A DNA stretch of 64,000 bases from Macrostomum lignano (lineage: Eukaryota). Below are positions 39,901-51,678 of this stretch, piece by piece (the first letter of the stretch is position 1; every line of letters begins with the position of its first letter). The DNA lies in contig NIVC01000657.1 in the NCBI GenBank assembly GCA_002269645.1, forward strand, positions 143,289 to 207,288, given 5' to 3'. A model generated the notes under the pieces. It was not told where the DNA came from. It did no database searches and was given only the letters and a program-made list of their open reading frames with translations. The translations under genes and the position numbers were made by a program.

Positions 39901-40529
39901 CGAAAATGATAGGCCCTAGGGACATACAGAGTGACACTGAAACTAACTATTAGCTAATATTAATAAGGTCTTGAGTCTTATTTATATAATTACAATTCAA
40001 AAAAGTATTTTGATATACTAAAAAGTACACTTTGTATAGCCAGGATTTCTTACTTCGAATTTACTTATTTTTAGAAAAAAGTACATTACAGCACCTGCGC
40101 AGAGACTCTTTAGACAACCCTATGATCTCTCCCTATACCTTAGAAAAGAAAACTTTAAGATTACACTCTCTTTCCTAGAAAAAAATGCTGGAATGTACGG
40201 TTTGTGTTGATTGACAACAAGCAGTAAAACAACAAAAAAGTTTTTTTTAACAGTTTAAACGCTCATTTTACAAAAAAATGTTTATTAAAGAGTTAATTGA
40301 AAAATATTAAACTCTTCGCTGAGCCAAAATTATCTAACGCAAACACCTTACACCGGATAGAGGCTAAATTTTATCCATTAATTTATGTCCTACTAGCTAT
40401 AGCTATGAGGAGTGTTTATAATATTTTCGGAAATATGCACTTCTAGTCATCAAAAAAGCTGGTTTTTCACGCGCATATTCTTTAACTGTTTTAAATCTTC
40501 TTAGCATGATTTCCAGCTGTCACATTAGC

Positions 40530-41215
40530 TGTCACATTCTTCTTCTTCAGCGCTCCGAAACGCACGAGGGCCAGCGCCCCATGCTCCGTAGGAGCGAAAG
40601 AGCCAAGCCCGGCTCGGCGATGAGGTGCTCCACTTCAGTGCCGACAGGCGTATGCGGTGCGCGTCCCCCCCTCGGGCAGTTGAAAATCGCGTGTAGGCTC
40701 GAATCCGGTGCCCCGCAATCCTGGCAGAGCGGAAGTCCGTCAGGCCGAAACGATGTCGGACCTCGGCGCCCAGCATGGAAGAACAGGCTCGGAGTTGGCA
40801 GGCCGCTGTGTGCTTGGCCCGACTTCTGGGACTTTGTTCGCTCCCAGGCTCTGCGGCCCGCCATCTGACGCGCCCTGCTCTAACTGTGACTGTCATATGC
40901 GGGGTCGCGTACTTTGTTGTTTGTTGTTGTTGTTGGTGTGAAAAGTCGGCTAGGCCGGTGGCATGACGCTGTCATCAAGGCGAATAGCGGCCTTGGCGGT
41001 ACTGAGCGAAATGGCAGCCGAGGTTTGCGGCAGGCGGGCTGCGGCATTTGCGGTTCCGTCCGCGGCTTCATTAGCGGGTATGCCACAGTGGGCAGGGACC
41101 CAGGCGAGGTCGATGTCGTTGTAGTCGCAGGTGCCCAGGTTGATGAGGTTGTTGATGAAGCCAGCAAGATAGGCCGCTGTTCCTTGCTGTATACATCCAA
41201 AGGGATTTATCCTTA
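40530..41215 (-). mobile_element. 5'-truncated, frameshifted non-LTR retrotransposon (RNase H C-terminus, CCHC knuckle, (GAA)n tail)
   Basis: LAWVPAHCGIPANEAAD is a LINE RNase H motif; CQDCGAPDSSLHAIFNCP is a C-terminal zinc knuckle; (GAA)4 tail at 40537-40548; reading frames are broken around a (CAA)n tract at 40914-40935. Confidence 0.85.
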
Positions 41216-42204
41216 AATAAACTAGCTCGTACATGTACTCGTAGCTTAATTTTGACAGCAATATCATCATCTCATCCCTGCGAGAGCCTTTTCATCTCAG
41301 CAACTCCCTAATCAGCCTTGACATCTCAGCCATACCCCATGAGCCTTAATAGCCGGACAGCTCAGCGATTCTACCTGTGAGACACAGCATTTCAAAAATT
41401 TCTTCCAGCTTTTCAGTCAGAGCAAAATGTTTTACCTTGAAGTACACCCGATCAAAAATACTTTCTTTCTTAGAGTTTTTTATTTTTAATCCTATAAAAA
41501 ATGAAGCAATTTCTTGGTAAAATTACGTGTACCAGCGCGTTATCAATGCGCATAGAATATTCTGCAAAACCAAACGAAAATCGGTTCCCGCAGTGTCATG
41601 TTAAACCAAAGTTCTCAAGCATAGATACAGATGATACAACAATATATTGTATATTTAAAGCAGTGAACTTTGACAGCTTGGTTTTTGAAGACTGCTTCTC
41701 GGAAAAGTTTGCTAAAATATACAGCAGTATACGTTCATGTAGGGTATTGAATACTGGCTGAAAAATCATTGGCTATATGCAGGGGTGGGGGAGGTGGGGG
41801 TGGCCGTGGCCTCCCTTGGGTACCTCTGTAGTAGCTGCGGCGGCCCGGTATTGGCGCCCTTCTGATGTTGGTGCCCTTGGTGTTAAGCCCCTGGTGTTAA
41901 GCCCCTGGTGTTAAGCCCCTGGTATTAGCTAAAGCCCCTGGCACTAAAGCCCGGGTCGGGGGCCCCTGCACGATGACGCCCTCCGAGGAATGGCACCTCA
42001 AGTTGACCCCCTCGCGCTGGCGCCTTCAGAAGACGTGCTCTATCTAATAAAAAGTCCTGGCGACACCTGTGAATACATAAACTTTATTTTAATGTCTACA
42101 TTTTAAGTGACAAAACAAAGTGATGCACTACTACAAGTAATACCTATTTAGCGTTTGCTTAAAGGCGAATCGCAATTAAAGTTGCAGTTACTAATGGCAC
42201 ATTA

Positions 42205-45200
42205 TTAGCTGTTGAAAGTGTCTTTCAGACTGGCAGTTTGCATTGGAATGCAGTCTTGCAGATTTTGTTTGAAGTCGTCAAGACTGCGCACTTCAATGCC
42301 CTGCAAAGGATATATATGTACACGAGTACAATTAGGGCAATGGTTGAAATATTGATAAGCACTTACTGCTAGTTTATCCTGTTAAAGCTTTACGCTATTT
42401 TTACTTAGATGACGAGACACTCAGATTTTTTAATTTGCCTGAGAGCCTAAAGGTACTGTATACCTGTAATTATTCATAACTACACGCTGAAGGCAACATT
42501 TCCAGTTTAAAAAAAAACAGAAAAGCGCATTTACACTCGTACAATGCTGCTGGCTCACCTGATAGGTAGCATAATAATCGTCCTGAGCATTAAAGGTGAA
42601 CTGCTGCCTATTGATTTTGTGAACACTCAGCACACGCCTGTCTTGCGAACCCTGTTTCAGCCATTTCTAAAATATATAGTTTACAGTGATTACATGTAAT
42701 ACAGATATGTACTACAATGTAAGTGGGAAGTTTTTGATTGGAAAAATCAAATAATCAAATCATTCGATTGGTACGAGCACTAGCTGATGAATAGCTTTGA
42801 CATAGATATTGTACGTCGTACATTGGGGCAGTAGTGGAAGGGCTGGGTAAATGTACATTGGGGCAGAAAGGAAAGGAGTCGAAGGACTGAGCAACAATAT
42901 GTGCATTGGGGTAAGGAGTGGAAAGTCTTGGAATTAAGCACATGTACATCGGGGCAGGAGTGGAAGGACTGGGCACATCTACATTTGGGTAGAAGTGGAA
43001 GGACTGGGACATGTACAATAGCCACACAGTACGAGCTATAACGACGTTGGTATGTATATTGCTGGGAAAATTTGTGCCAATGCGTCAAAGTCTTGAAACT
43101 TTAAACGTTCACTTCGGATTATCGAACGCTTACTAGTGGGTAAACAACTAGACAGCTCACCTTCCAATAATTGTAAAGATCCTTTTTGCTAATTCTATCC
43201 AGAATAGCTTTGACATTGGTGTCCAAACTATTGGTATCCCAGCTGAAATCGTAGTCGCCGCAGGTGATGTGTCGCCAGTACAGCTCATGCTGCCTGTTTA
43301 AATTTGGCGCAGTAAACAGACGTGTCGCAAGCTGCTGCACTCGACTCTTCATACCCGCCAGCTGCTCCTTGGTTATGGAATCCACTGTTTTACCGACGCA
43401 TGCGATTACCAACTCGATTGTTGTTTCAATCTGCGTGCAGATGTTTAGCAACAGGTCAATATTCATGCAGTAAAACAGCTTGCTACATGTCATTCTGAAT
43501 GTAAATCCGCAAGAAAATACAGTAGCAAAATATTCTGTCAGCCAAGGTCTCAAGAAACTGGGGCACAGCGTCAAAGGGCGTGTCTCTGAATCGTCCACCG
43601 GCAGTTAAAGAAACGCCGACTGAGAATGCCGTGTCCTTGCTGTGAATGCATATATCTACTGCATCTAATACCTAGAATAATTGCATGCAGAAGGCAGGTT
43701 GTGAGCGCGCAGGCACAACGCTTTCGACGACATGGTTCCACGGCCAATGCTCCGAGGCAATTCCGAGCGCGCCAATACTGTACGCAGGCACCCATGCACT
43801 CATTATACACACGCTCACACAGAGTGCACAGCTTGACCTTCTAATCGTCAGGCATGTACACTCTCTGCGCCTTGGGAGTTGGTCCTCATGGCTGTGGATA
43901 GCACGACGGCTCTTCTAATGAGAAGTTCAAACCAAGAGACTTACCGCAACGGGATGCGACTCGGAGACTAGCTCAATGACGATGCAATTGGCGTTGCAGC
44001 CAATCATCGTGTCCCACCTTAAATCGCGTTTTGTACAATCGGGCAGTTTTGTACAGAGTGTCAGAGCTTCTTTCAGTAGCCACAAGCAGCACTTATGCCA
44101 GAACCGACGGAAGAAGAAGTCGTCATATTTTGACGCTTGCTTTTTTAACCCTCCCGATATCGCAGTCGGCATCTGAAGCAGCAGGCCGCAAACCGACTTG
44201 GTCAATGCAGCGTCACCTTTCTTCAACCTCGTAGTCCGGCTGGTAAGTTCGATGCTTCTGTTAGTAGCAAAGTTCAACCGGATGAAATGGTGACTGCCCC
44301 TTGGTAGGAGTCGCTCAGAACAGCGCATAAAAAATGGATCCAATCGAAACGTGTCCGCTGGACGCCGCGAAAGTGGTGGAAGAACAGCTGTAATTGAGTC
44401 AACCAGTGAGATGACTTGCTCAGCAGTGAGATTGCCCAGCGCCAGAATCTCAGCATACAGTTCTGGCCGGCTGGGCCAGTTCTCGCGTTCCAGCGGAGTG
44501 GCATGAGCGGGATTGGAAAAGTGATGCGCTATGAAACTTGACGGATTGATTTCCACTTCTCGGTCTGGCTTTTGTGTTATGAGAGGAAAACATTGTGTAA
44601 TTATGGTTGAGCTACAAGTCAGTGCGACAGTTTACAATCAATGGTACCTCACTCACCCAGCGTTTGCGTATCCAAGGACTGATAGTCTCGCTGGATGTGT
44701 AAAAATCCAGCCAGATCCAAGCGATTTGCAATCTGGGATAAGTCTGAACAGGGCTGTAATGAAAACTTCTGCGCTCTAAGATTTCCAATGCGCTCCTGTG
44801 CAAAGGTGAACGAAATGTTCAAAATTAATTTGAATGCAATGAATGTAATTTTAAATTCAAAAAATAACTTTGATGGGCTACATCTTATATCCTGAGCCGC
44901 TGGACCCTAAGCACATACTGTACACAGGCACGCAGTCATAACAACCGCTCACACAAGGTTTACAGCGGCCCTGACTTTCTAATCGTCAGGTACGTACAGG
45001 GGCGTCGCCACCGGGGGGACAGGGGGGGGGAGGACATGCTAATGCTTTGTCCCCCCCCCACCCCATCTTCGTTGACCTGTAATGGAAATTAAAAATCGCT
45101 TCAGAGCGACAAAACATAGCGCCTGCGGACAAAAATGGTGCCTGCGGCGCTAAAATGAGTGCCTGTGAACCAAATTGAGTACCTGCCGGCGCTAAAATGG

Positions 45201-48200
45201 GTGCCTGCGGTGCTAAAATGAGTGCCTACTGCGCTAAAATGAGTGCCTGCTGCGCTAAAATGAGTGCCTGCGGTGCTAAAATGAGTGCCTACTGCGCTAA
45301 AATGAGTGCCTACTGCGCTAAAATGAGTGCCTGCGGTGCTAAAATGAGTGCCTACTGCGCTAAAATGAGTGCCTGCTGCGCTAAAATGAGTGCCTGCGGC
45401 GCTAAAATGAGTGCCTGCGGCGCTAAAATGAGTGCCTACTGCGCTAAAATGAGTGCCTGCGGTGCTAAAATGAGTGCCTACTGCGCTAAAATGAGTGCCT
45501 ACTGCGCTAAAATGAGTGCCTGCGGCGCTAAAATGAGTGCCTGCGGTGCTAAAATGAGTGCCTACTGCGCTAAAATGAGTGCCTGCTGCGCTAAAATGAG
45601 TGCCTGCGGCGCTAAAATGAGTGCCTGCGGCGCTAAAATGAGTGCCTACTGCGCTAAAATGAGTGCCTGCGGTGCTAAAATGAGTGCCTACTGCGCTAAA
45701 ATGAGTGCCTACTGCGCTAAAATGAGTGCCTGCGGCGCTAAAATGAGTGCCTGCGGCGCTAAAATGAGTGCCTGCGGCGCTAAAATGAGTGCCTGCGGCG
45801 CTAAAATGAGTGCCTGCGGTGCTAAAATGAGTGCCTGCGGTGCTAAAATGAGTGCCTGCGGTGCTAAAATGAGTGCCTGCGGCGCTAAAATGAGTGCCTG
45901 CGGCGCTAAAATGAGTGCCTGCGGTGCTAAAATGAGTGCCTGCGGTGCTAAAATGAGTGCCTGCGGTGCTAAAATGAGTGCCTGCGGTGCTAAAATGAGT
46001 GCCTACTGCGCTAAAATGAGTGCCTGCGGTGCTAAAATGAGTGCCTACTGCGCTAAAATGAGTGCCTGCGGCGCTAAAATGAGTGCCTGCGGTGCTAAAA
46101 TGAGTGCCTGCGGTGCTAAAATGAGTGCCTACTGCGCTAAAATGAGTGCCTGCGGCGCTAAAATGGGTGCCTGCGGTGCTAAAATGAGTGCCTGCGGTGC
46201 TAAAATGAGTGCCTGCGGTGCTAAAATGAGTGCCTGCGGTGCTAAAATGAGTGCCTACTGCGCTAAAATGAGTGCCTGCGGCGCTAAAATGAGTGCCTAC
46301 TGCGCTAAAATGAGTGCCTGCGGCGCTAAAATGAGTGCCTGCGGTGCTAAAATGAGTGCCTGCGGTGCTAAAATGAGTGCCTGCGGTGCTAAAATGAGTG
46401 CCTGCGGCGCTAAAATGGGTGCCTGCGGTGCTAAAATGAGTGCCTACTGCGCTAAAATGAGTGCCTGCGGCGCTAAAATGAGTGCCTGCGGTGCTAAAAT
46501 GAGTGCCTGCGGCGCTAAAATGAGTGCCTGCGGTGCTAAAATGGGTGCCTGCGGTGCTAAAATGAGTGCCTGTGGCGCTAAAATGGTGCCTGCGGCGCTA
46601 AAATGGTGCCTGCGGCGGTAAAATGGTGCCTGCGGCGGTAAAATGAGTGCCTGCGGCGGTAAAATGGTGCCTGCGGCGGTAAAATGGTGCCTGCGGCGGT
46701 AAAATGGGTGCCTGCGATGCTGAAATGAGTGCCTGCGGCGCTAAAATGAGTGCCTGCGGCGGTAAAATGAGTGCATGCGGCGCTAAAATGAGTGCCTGTG
46801 AACCAATTGAGTGCCTGCGGCGCTAAAATGGGTGCCTGCGGTGCTAAAATGGTCTCTGACGACACCGATTCTGAAAATAATGTACATATAGTAATTTAGT
46901 CATGTACATGTACATGTACAATTCTTGGCTTTGTCCCCCACCATAAAATCCATGGCAACGCCCCTGGGCATGTACACTCTCTTTGCCTTGGGGGTTGGCC
47001 CTCATGGCACCACAACCTCCCGGTCAATCTTCCGACCTTCCGCGGAATCGAACCAGGGGTCGTGTTGCGCGAGATTCAGACGCATTATAACTGAACTTTT
47101 CTGCCCACAGTGTTTTAAGGCAGTCTGCCAAGGGAAGACACACCTGGTTGAAGTAGTTTAAGGGAACTCGCAGCTCTGCAATGCGACCCAATGCGGCCAA
47201 CAAAAGGGCCGGTAGAGGCTCGCTGTGACCGCTGCAGCAAACCTGGATGCCGCTGCAGCTTCGAGAGACGCTCAGCTCAAGGTCGGCTTCAACCGCTTGC
47301 ATTTTCAGATCGGCCAGCTCTTCAGAAAATAGATTGGCCAGAATGCTGATCTGCAGAGACGAGGCCAGGGCGAGCCTCACAACGTCAACTGGAGGCAGCA
47401 GGTCGACGGATATGTAGGCAAGTTCGGTTTGGAACCGGTCATCTTGTCGGAACCAGAGATTAGTGCTGGATGAGCTGCCGTCTAGTGTACTTTGGCGTTT
47501 GATTTTACGAGGCCCGTTCGGCTGTGGGTTTTAATTATCGGTTTATACCGCAGATACTACAACATGATGAATACGGTGAACTCATTGCTCATAGCTCATT
47601 GGCCCATAGAGTAGAAAGCAGTTGAGTAGAAAGCTTCATTGGATAAGACTCGTTTATTGATCCAGCTCGCTTAAAATTTTTCTTGAACACGTCTCTTCAC
47701 AAATAGTCTTTTTACCTCCGCTTTAGACCTCTTCAGCCTAACGCTTTCATGCAATGCATATTCTCAATGACGCTGTTTAGTGCACATTACGTCTGCACCA
47801 ATTAGCAAGCTGTAGACGTCTACAAGTCACTCCAACTACGGTTCTTTACATAAAATAGCTATCACATTCTTGCTTGCTACTTCCTGACTGAAATTTAAGG
47901 AACTAAGCTGGCATGTCTAGTAGTCCGTGATCATAGCAAATGCGGTTAATGTCAGTATGACCAAAAATATGACCGCAGTCAAAAATTTATTTATTTACTG
48001 ACCTGATTAGTTGAGTCTCGGGGCTTTAAACTAAAATCTTTGCACACAAATGGCCTCGGTCTTGGCAAGGTGAACACAGTGTCAAGCTGACAGCTTGCAG
48101 TTGGCCATTCGGCTCTGCACAGAGCCAATAAGTTCTCAGACAGCTTCTCCAAGTTGTAAGGAGCTATGCCGTCGGGCTGGCAGCACAGCCTTCCGTCGGG

Positions 48201-50847
48201 AGCTGAAGTTGATGTGTTGAAGTTGCGATTGTTGCTTCTTAACTACAAAACACATGATTTACTATTCTTCGACTACAAAACCCTTTGGTCCCGCAAGAAA
48301 CAATAAAGAGATTTTAGCGCTTTTTTGTTGTTGAAATTCTTGCAAATTTAAGGCCGCATGATCAAGCGAAACTTGTGATGGCCAAGTTCTAATAAATCCA
48401 TGCACACTCTCTGTGTGCCTTGGGGTTAAATTGGTAGGACAGCCCCTAGAAAGATTCCTGGAACAAGCCCAAATTATGTAGACTAACACAATCGAAGCAT
48501 GGGTCGTGTGGTGCAAGAGTCAGACACGCTTCCGCTGAGCTGGCCTGCCTTAACAAAGTAAAGACAGCAATTCTCAACAGTTTTTAGACTCTCTGTTCGA
48601 AATTCATACGTTCGAAATGCCTCTGACTCTTGCGCAACACCACCGGCTTGTGCATAAAATTAGCGAGAAGGGGGTTGCTATGCGTACACGATTTACGCCT
48701 TCGAGAGCCAGAGGCACAGAGACTGTACATGCCTGACGATTAGTAAGTCAGGGCCGCTGTACACCCTGTGTGAGCGTGTGTATGAGTGTGTGTCTGTGTA
48801 CAGTATTGACGCTCTCGTATGTACGTGCTCAGGAGTCAGCGGAATGGCCAGAATTGCAGCGCTGGTTGTGGAACGATGTCGCCGAAGGCGTTGCGCCGTC
48901 CCTACCTACATCGCTCCTGCGAAGGTTTATACTTTTTATAACCCAAGTCTCACAGCTGAATAAGCATACGTGCTCCGTATGCCAGTCCAAGTCGGAAACG
49001 AACACTCTGCACTGGTCCACAGTCAGACAAGCCAGAAACCCGTTCATTTCCTCGGCAGAATAGCTCGAAAGCAAGTGCCTGGCTGAGAGCACATCCGCGA
49101 TCTCGTACCGGTGCAATCGAGTCGCGATGTTGAACTCGTCATTCACCAATGGCAGGCGTTTGAGCTTCAGAAAAGACGACCAATCGTCAACTTCAGGTAG
49201 GAAATGCGCCCGTCTATCTAACCTGACCTCATTGTGCAGCTGTTCGAAATGCTGCGCCTGACTGCGGATCATTGCCAGGTAGCGGAAGACTGCACTAATT
49301 ATCTGCGAGTCAATGAAGGTAAGTTGCGAAGAAAAAATTAGGAAATAAGTTTTTATAGGAGATCGCTCAATGAAGTGTACGAAGATACTGAAGCGATATT
49401 AAAGACACAGAAAAAGGTCCTTAGCTTATGTCGAAGCTTATGTGAAGCTCAAAGTTTTAATATTGATCTCAATTAGATTTCCGCACTTGATAAATTTAAC
49501 CAAACGTACCAAGTCTTCTGTTTCCACAGTATACTTCGTTGTTTCATCGCAGTGAAGAGCAATGCAGAACGTATCAAAATCAATGCAGCCTGTGTCCGTC
49601 AGGGACGCGCTATCTAGCTGAACTCCGAGATTAGTACGCAAATACTCCTTCAGACTGCCCAGTCCATCCCTGCCAAACAGATACTTCACTAATAGATCGG
49701 GCGATTGTTTGTGCAGATCCGTCTGATCTGGCAGCGGGAACACAATGAATATGCCGCCCAAGTTCATGCGCTTGCCGCGAATCTGTGCATAAGTAGCAGG
49801 GGTGAGTGGATGCAGTGGATGCAGTAATCCGCACTGCTAGACACAATTTCTATGTTTGTATTCTTCGCCTCAAATCCACTGTTTTTCACTGTAAACTACC
49901 AGAGGAAGAACACCCTGAAAATTAGCCAGAGTAAAAGGCCAGTGACGAACGAGGCCAGAGCAATTACCAATCCCAATTACCTTGGTTCCCCCTAACGCAG
50001 TGTATGATCCCTCCAACGGATGTTGATCCTTCGAGCGTACTCGAGAGTCAGTCGGGGTTGAAAAATCAAATTTTGTGGCGGCAGTCAGGCTCTGAAATAA
50101 AGAGTTCGGAGTTCTCATTTAGGGATTAGACGCCTGTAGTTTGTCGCAGTTTAAATTGGAGTCGGCTATTTTTTTTTAATACCTCGCTGTAGCATGCTAT
50201 TTGTTCATTGAATGTCATCCCGTACATACCACAAGCTCGTCAGTTGAGCGACCATCTTCCAAAGCCATTCGCCTCCGGCAGTTTGAGTTGAAATGCCGCT
50301 TGTGGAATTCAGCTAGCCTATCGCACAGTTCCTCGATCTGAAACAACTCGACTGTGCGCCGGCTCGGTTGAACCATCCGATTGTAGGGGTGACTCGAATT
50401 TCCCGAACAACGCTGCAGCCAATTCAAAGAGGATAGTTGTTGCTTGTACTTTTCCTTTTTGATTAAATGCTTGATTCTGTTCGCAGAAAATTCCGGTGTT
50501 GTAATGCTTTTGATCAACTGTTTGAGCACCTTTGATACGTTGTCTGAGGATGTTATTTTGTAGCTGAACTCAGTTCGGTCATCGGCAACTCTCACACTGC
50601 CAGTCAAGCCGATTGTAGAATCCGTTTGCATGGCAACCATGCCTGCCAGCAGTTCAGCCAGTCCCAGACAGTCTGGCGGATCGTGCAAGCGACCAACACC
50701 GATGGTGAGGCAGAGCAGCGATTTTCGATCGAGCGTGTCCTCAGTTTGGCTGACTAGACAGGCCGAGTAATTAGACGCTGTTTCTATGGCAACGCACTTC
50801 GACTGCAATGGTGCCGGAACATCTTTTAATATTTTGCCGATTTCCAT
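42205..50847 (-). CDS. Insulin-degrading-enzyme-like (M16A) pseudo-protease, copy A, about 1053 aa, frame intact
   Basis: Exons (minus) 50230-50847, 49981-50091, 49510-49782, 48954-49302, 48003-48202, 47144-47521, 44657-44795, 43945-44564, 43161-43430, 42559-42666, 42205-42300 total 3162 nt with no stop. IDE-like blocks GRLHDPPDCLGL, SGNSSHPY, FPLPD..PDLLVKYLFG.DGLGSL, LWFRQDDRFQ, ILALGNLT, LDDFKQNL. HxxEH position reads ELLAG. Confidence 0.85.
43660..43935 (-). mobile_element. SINE family 1 copy (5'-truncated)
   Basis: GTGTACATGCCTGACGATTAGAAGGTCAAGCTGTGCAC and GTGGAACCATGTCGTCGAAAGCGTTGTGCC match the 48.7 kb copy. Confidence 0.75.
44900..47095 (-). mobile_element. SINE family 1 copy split in two (47095-46967 head, 44996-44900 body) by a MITE
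   Basis: Head with GGTTCGATTCC at about 47043-47053; the body resumes at 44996 with ...CCTGACGATTAGAAAGTCAGGGCCGCTGTAAAC. Confidence 0.78.
44997..46966. mobile_element. hAT-like MITE carrying a 1.7-kb 21-bp array (GCCTGCGGYGCTAAAATGAGT)
   Basis: TIRs CAGGGGCGTCGCCA (44997-45010) and TGGCAACGCCCCTG (46953-46966), 13/14 match; 8-bp flanks GGTACGTA / GGCATGTA (6/8); array at about 45135-46850. Confidence 0.8.
48330..48925. mobile_element. Two divergently oriented SINE family 1 copies (minus about 48330-48545, decayed; plus about 48610-48925)
   Basis: tRNA-like heads form the inverted repeat GTGGTGCAAGAGTCAGA / TCTGACTCTTGCGCAACACCAC; hairpin motif at 48724-48763. Confidence 0.68.
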
Positions 50848-50949
50848 CGCCACTTTCAGTTGAACGAGCTAGGTGTCTAGAATTTTAAGAGTAGAGATGA
50901 AGATGCGTAAGATTAGATTGCTTATTAGTTTCTGATAGCGCACAGAATC

Positions 50950-51090
50950 GAGACCAGGTACTCTAGTCACAGGTAATCTAGTCGCAGGTACTCTGGTCGC
51001 AGGTACTCTGGTCGCAGGTACTCTGATCGCAGGTACTCTGATCACAGGTACTCTGGTCGCAGGTACTCTGATCACAGGTACTCTGGCCAC
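50950..51090. repeat. 15-bp minisatellite (AGGTACTCTGRTCRC)
   Basis: Visible units between the divergent starts of IDE-like A and B. Confidence 0.92.
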
Positions 51091-51678
51091 AAGCATTCTG
51101 GTTAAGTTATTGTGGTATTACGGTAAAAGACTCAAATAAACTTCTGCTAACTGCTTCTGCTAAAATGTAGCAAATGTATCTATTAGAGAAAAAACATATG
51201 GCAAATGCCACAGCTCAACTTACGTTTCTGATCCAGCTCAAAGAAAGCAGATTGGCCGCAATATTTTTTATGCCAGAGCAGTTCAGTCACATTCACGGGA
51301 AAAATGATTTTAAGTACAATTTTATATACTCTTGGGGTCTTGAAAAATTATCGAAATTCCATTTTGGCTCAATCATTAATGGTTAAATAATAATCTTGCC
51401 CGTTTCTTTACTTTGTTCTTCATACATTTATTTGTCGGACTTTTTAGACATAGACTGGTGCGTTTGTTCAACTACTTAAATTGGAAAATCTTCTTTCATA
51501 ACAAAAATCGCCCCTCAAATATCTTTTGGCGGTAATCAATTTTCTGCAAAATTTAGTCTATGACACAGATTTGAGATCAAATTTAAATCATCATGAAATA
51601 CTTTTTAATCTTCGGTAGTTCGGTCAAGCAACTGGTGGTTTAAAGGACAAAAGAAAGAAGATCCAAATTGCATGAAGA

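Noticed and set aside
37000-40450. AT-rich intergenic stretch
   Set aside because: No credible ORF, repeat unit or terminal structure identified by eye.
41775-42070. GC-rich block with 14-bp repeats as a MITE
   Set aside because: Ends only weakly complementary and no TSD found.
45197-46621. 474-aa MSACGAK-repeat ORF resembling a metallothionein or structural protein
   Set aside because: It is the 21-bp array inside a MITE, antisense within an intron; open only because the unit is 3n and stop-free.
48724-48763. Canonical active hammerhead ribozyme
   Set aside because: CUGACGA and GAAA-like words are present in the family, but no copy gives a stem III with U16.1-H17; kept only as a hypothesis in findings.
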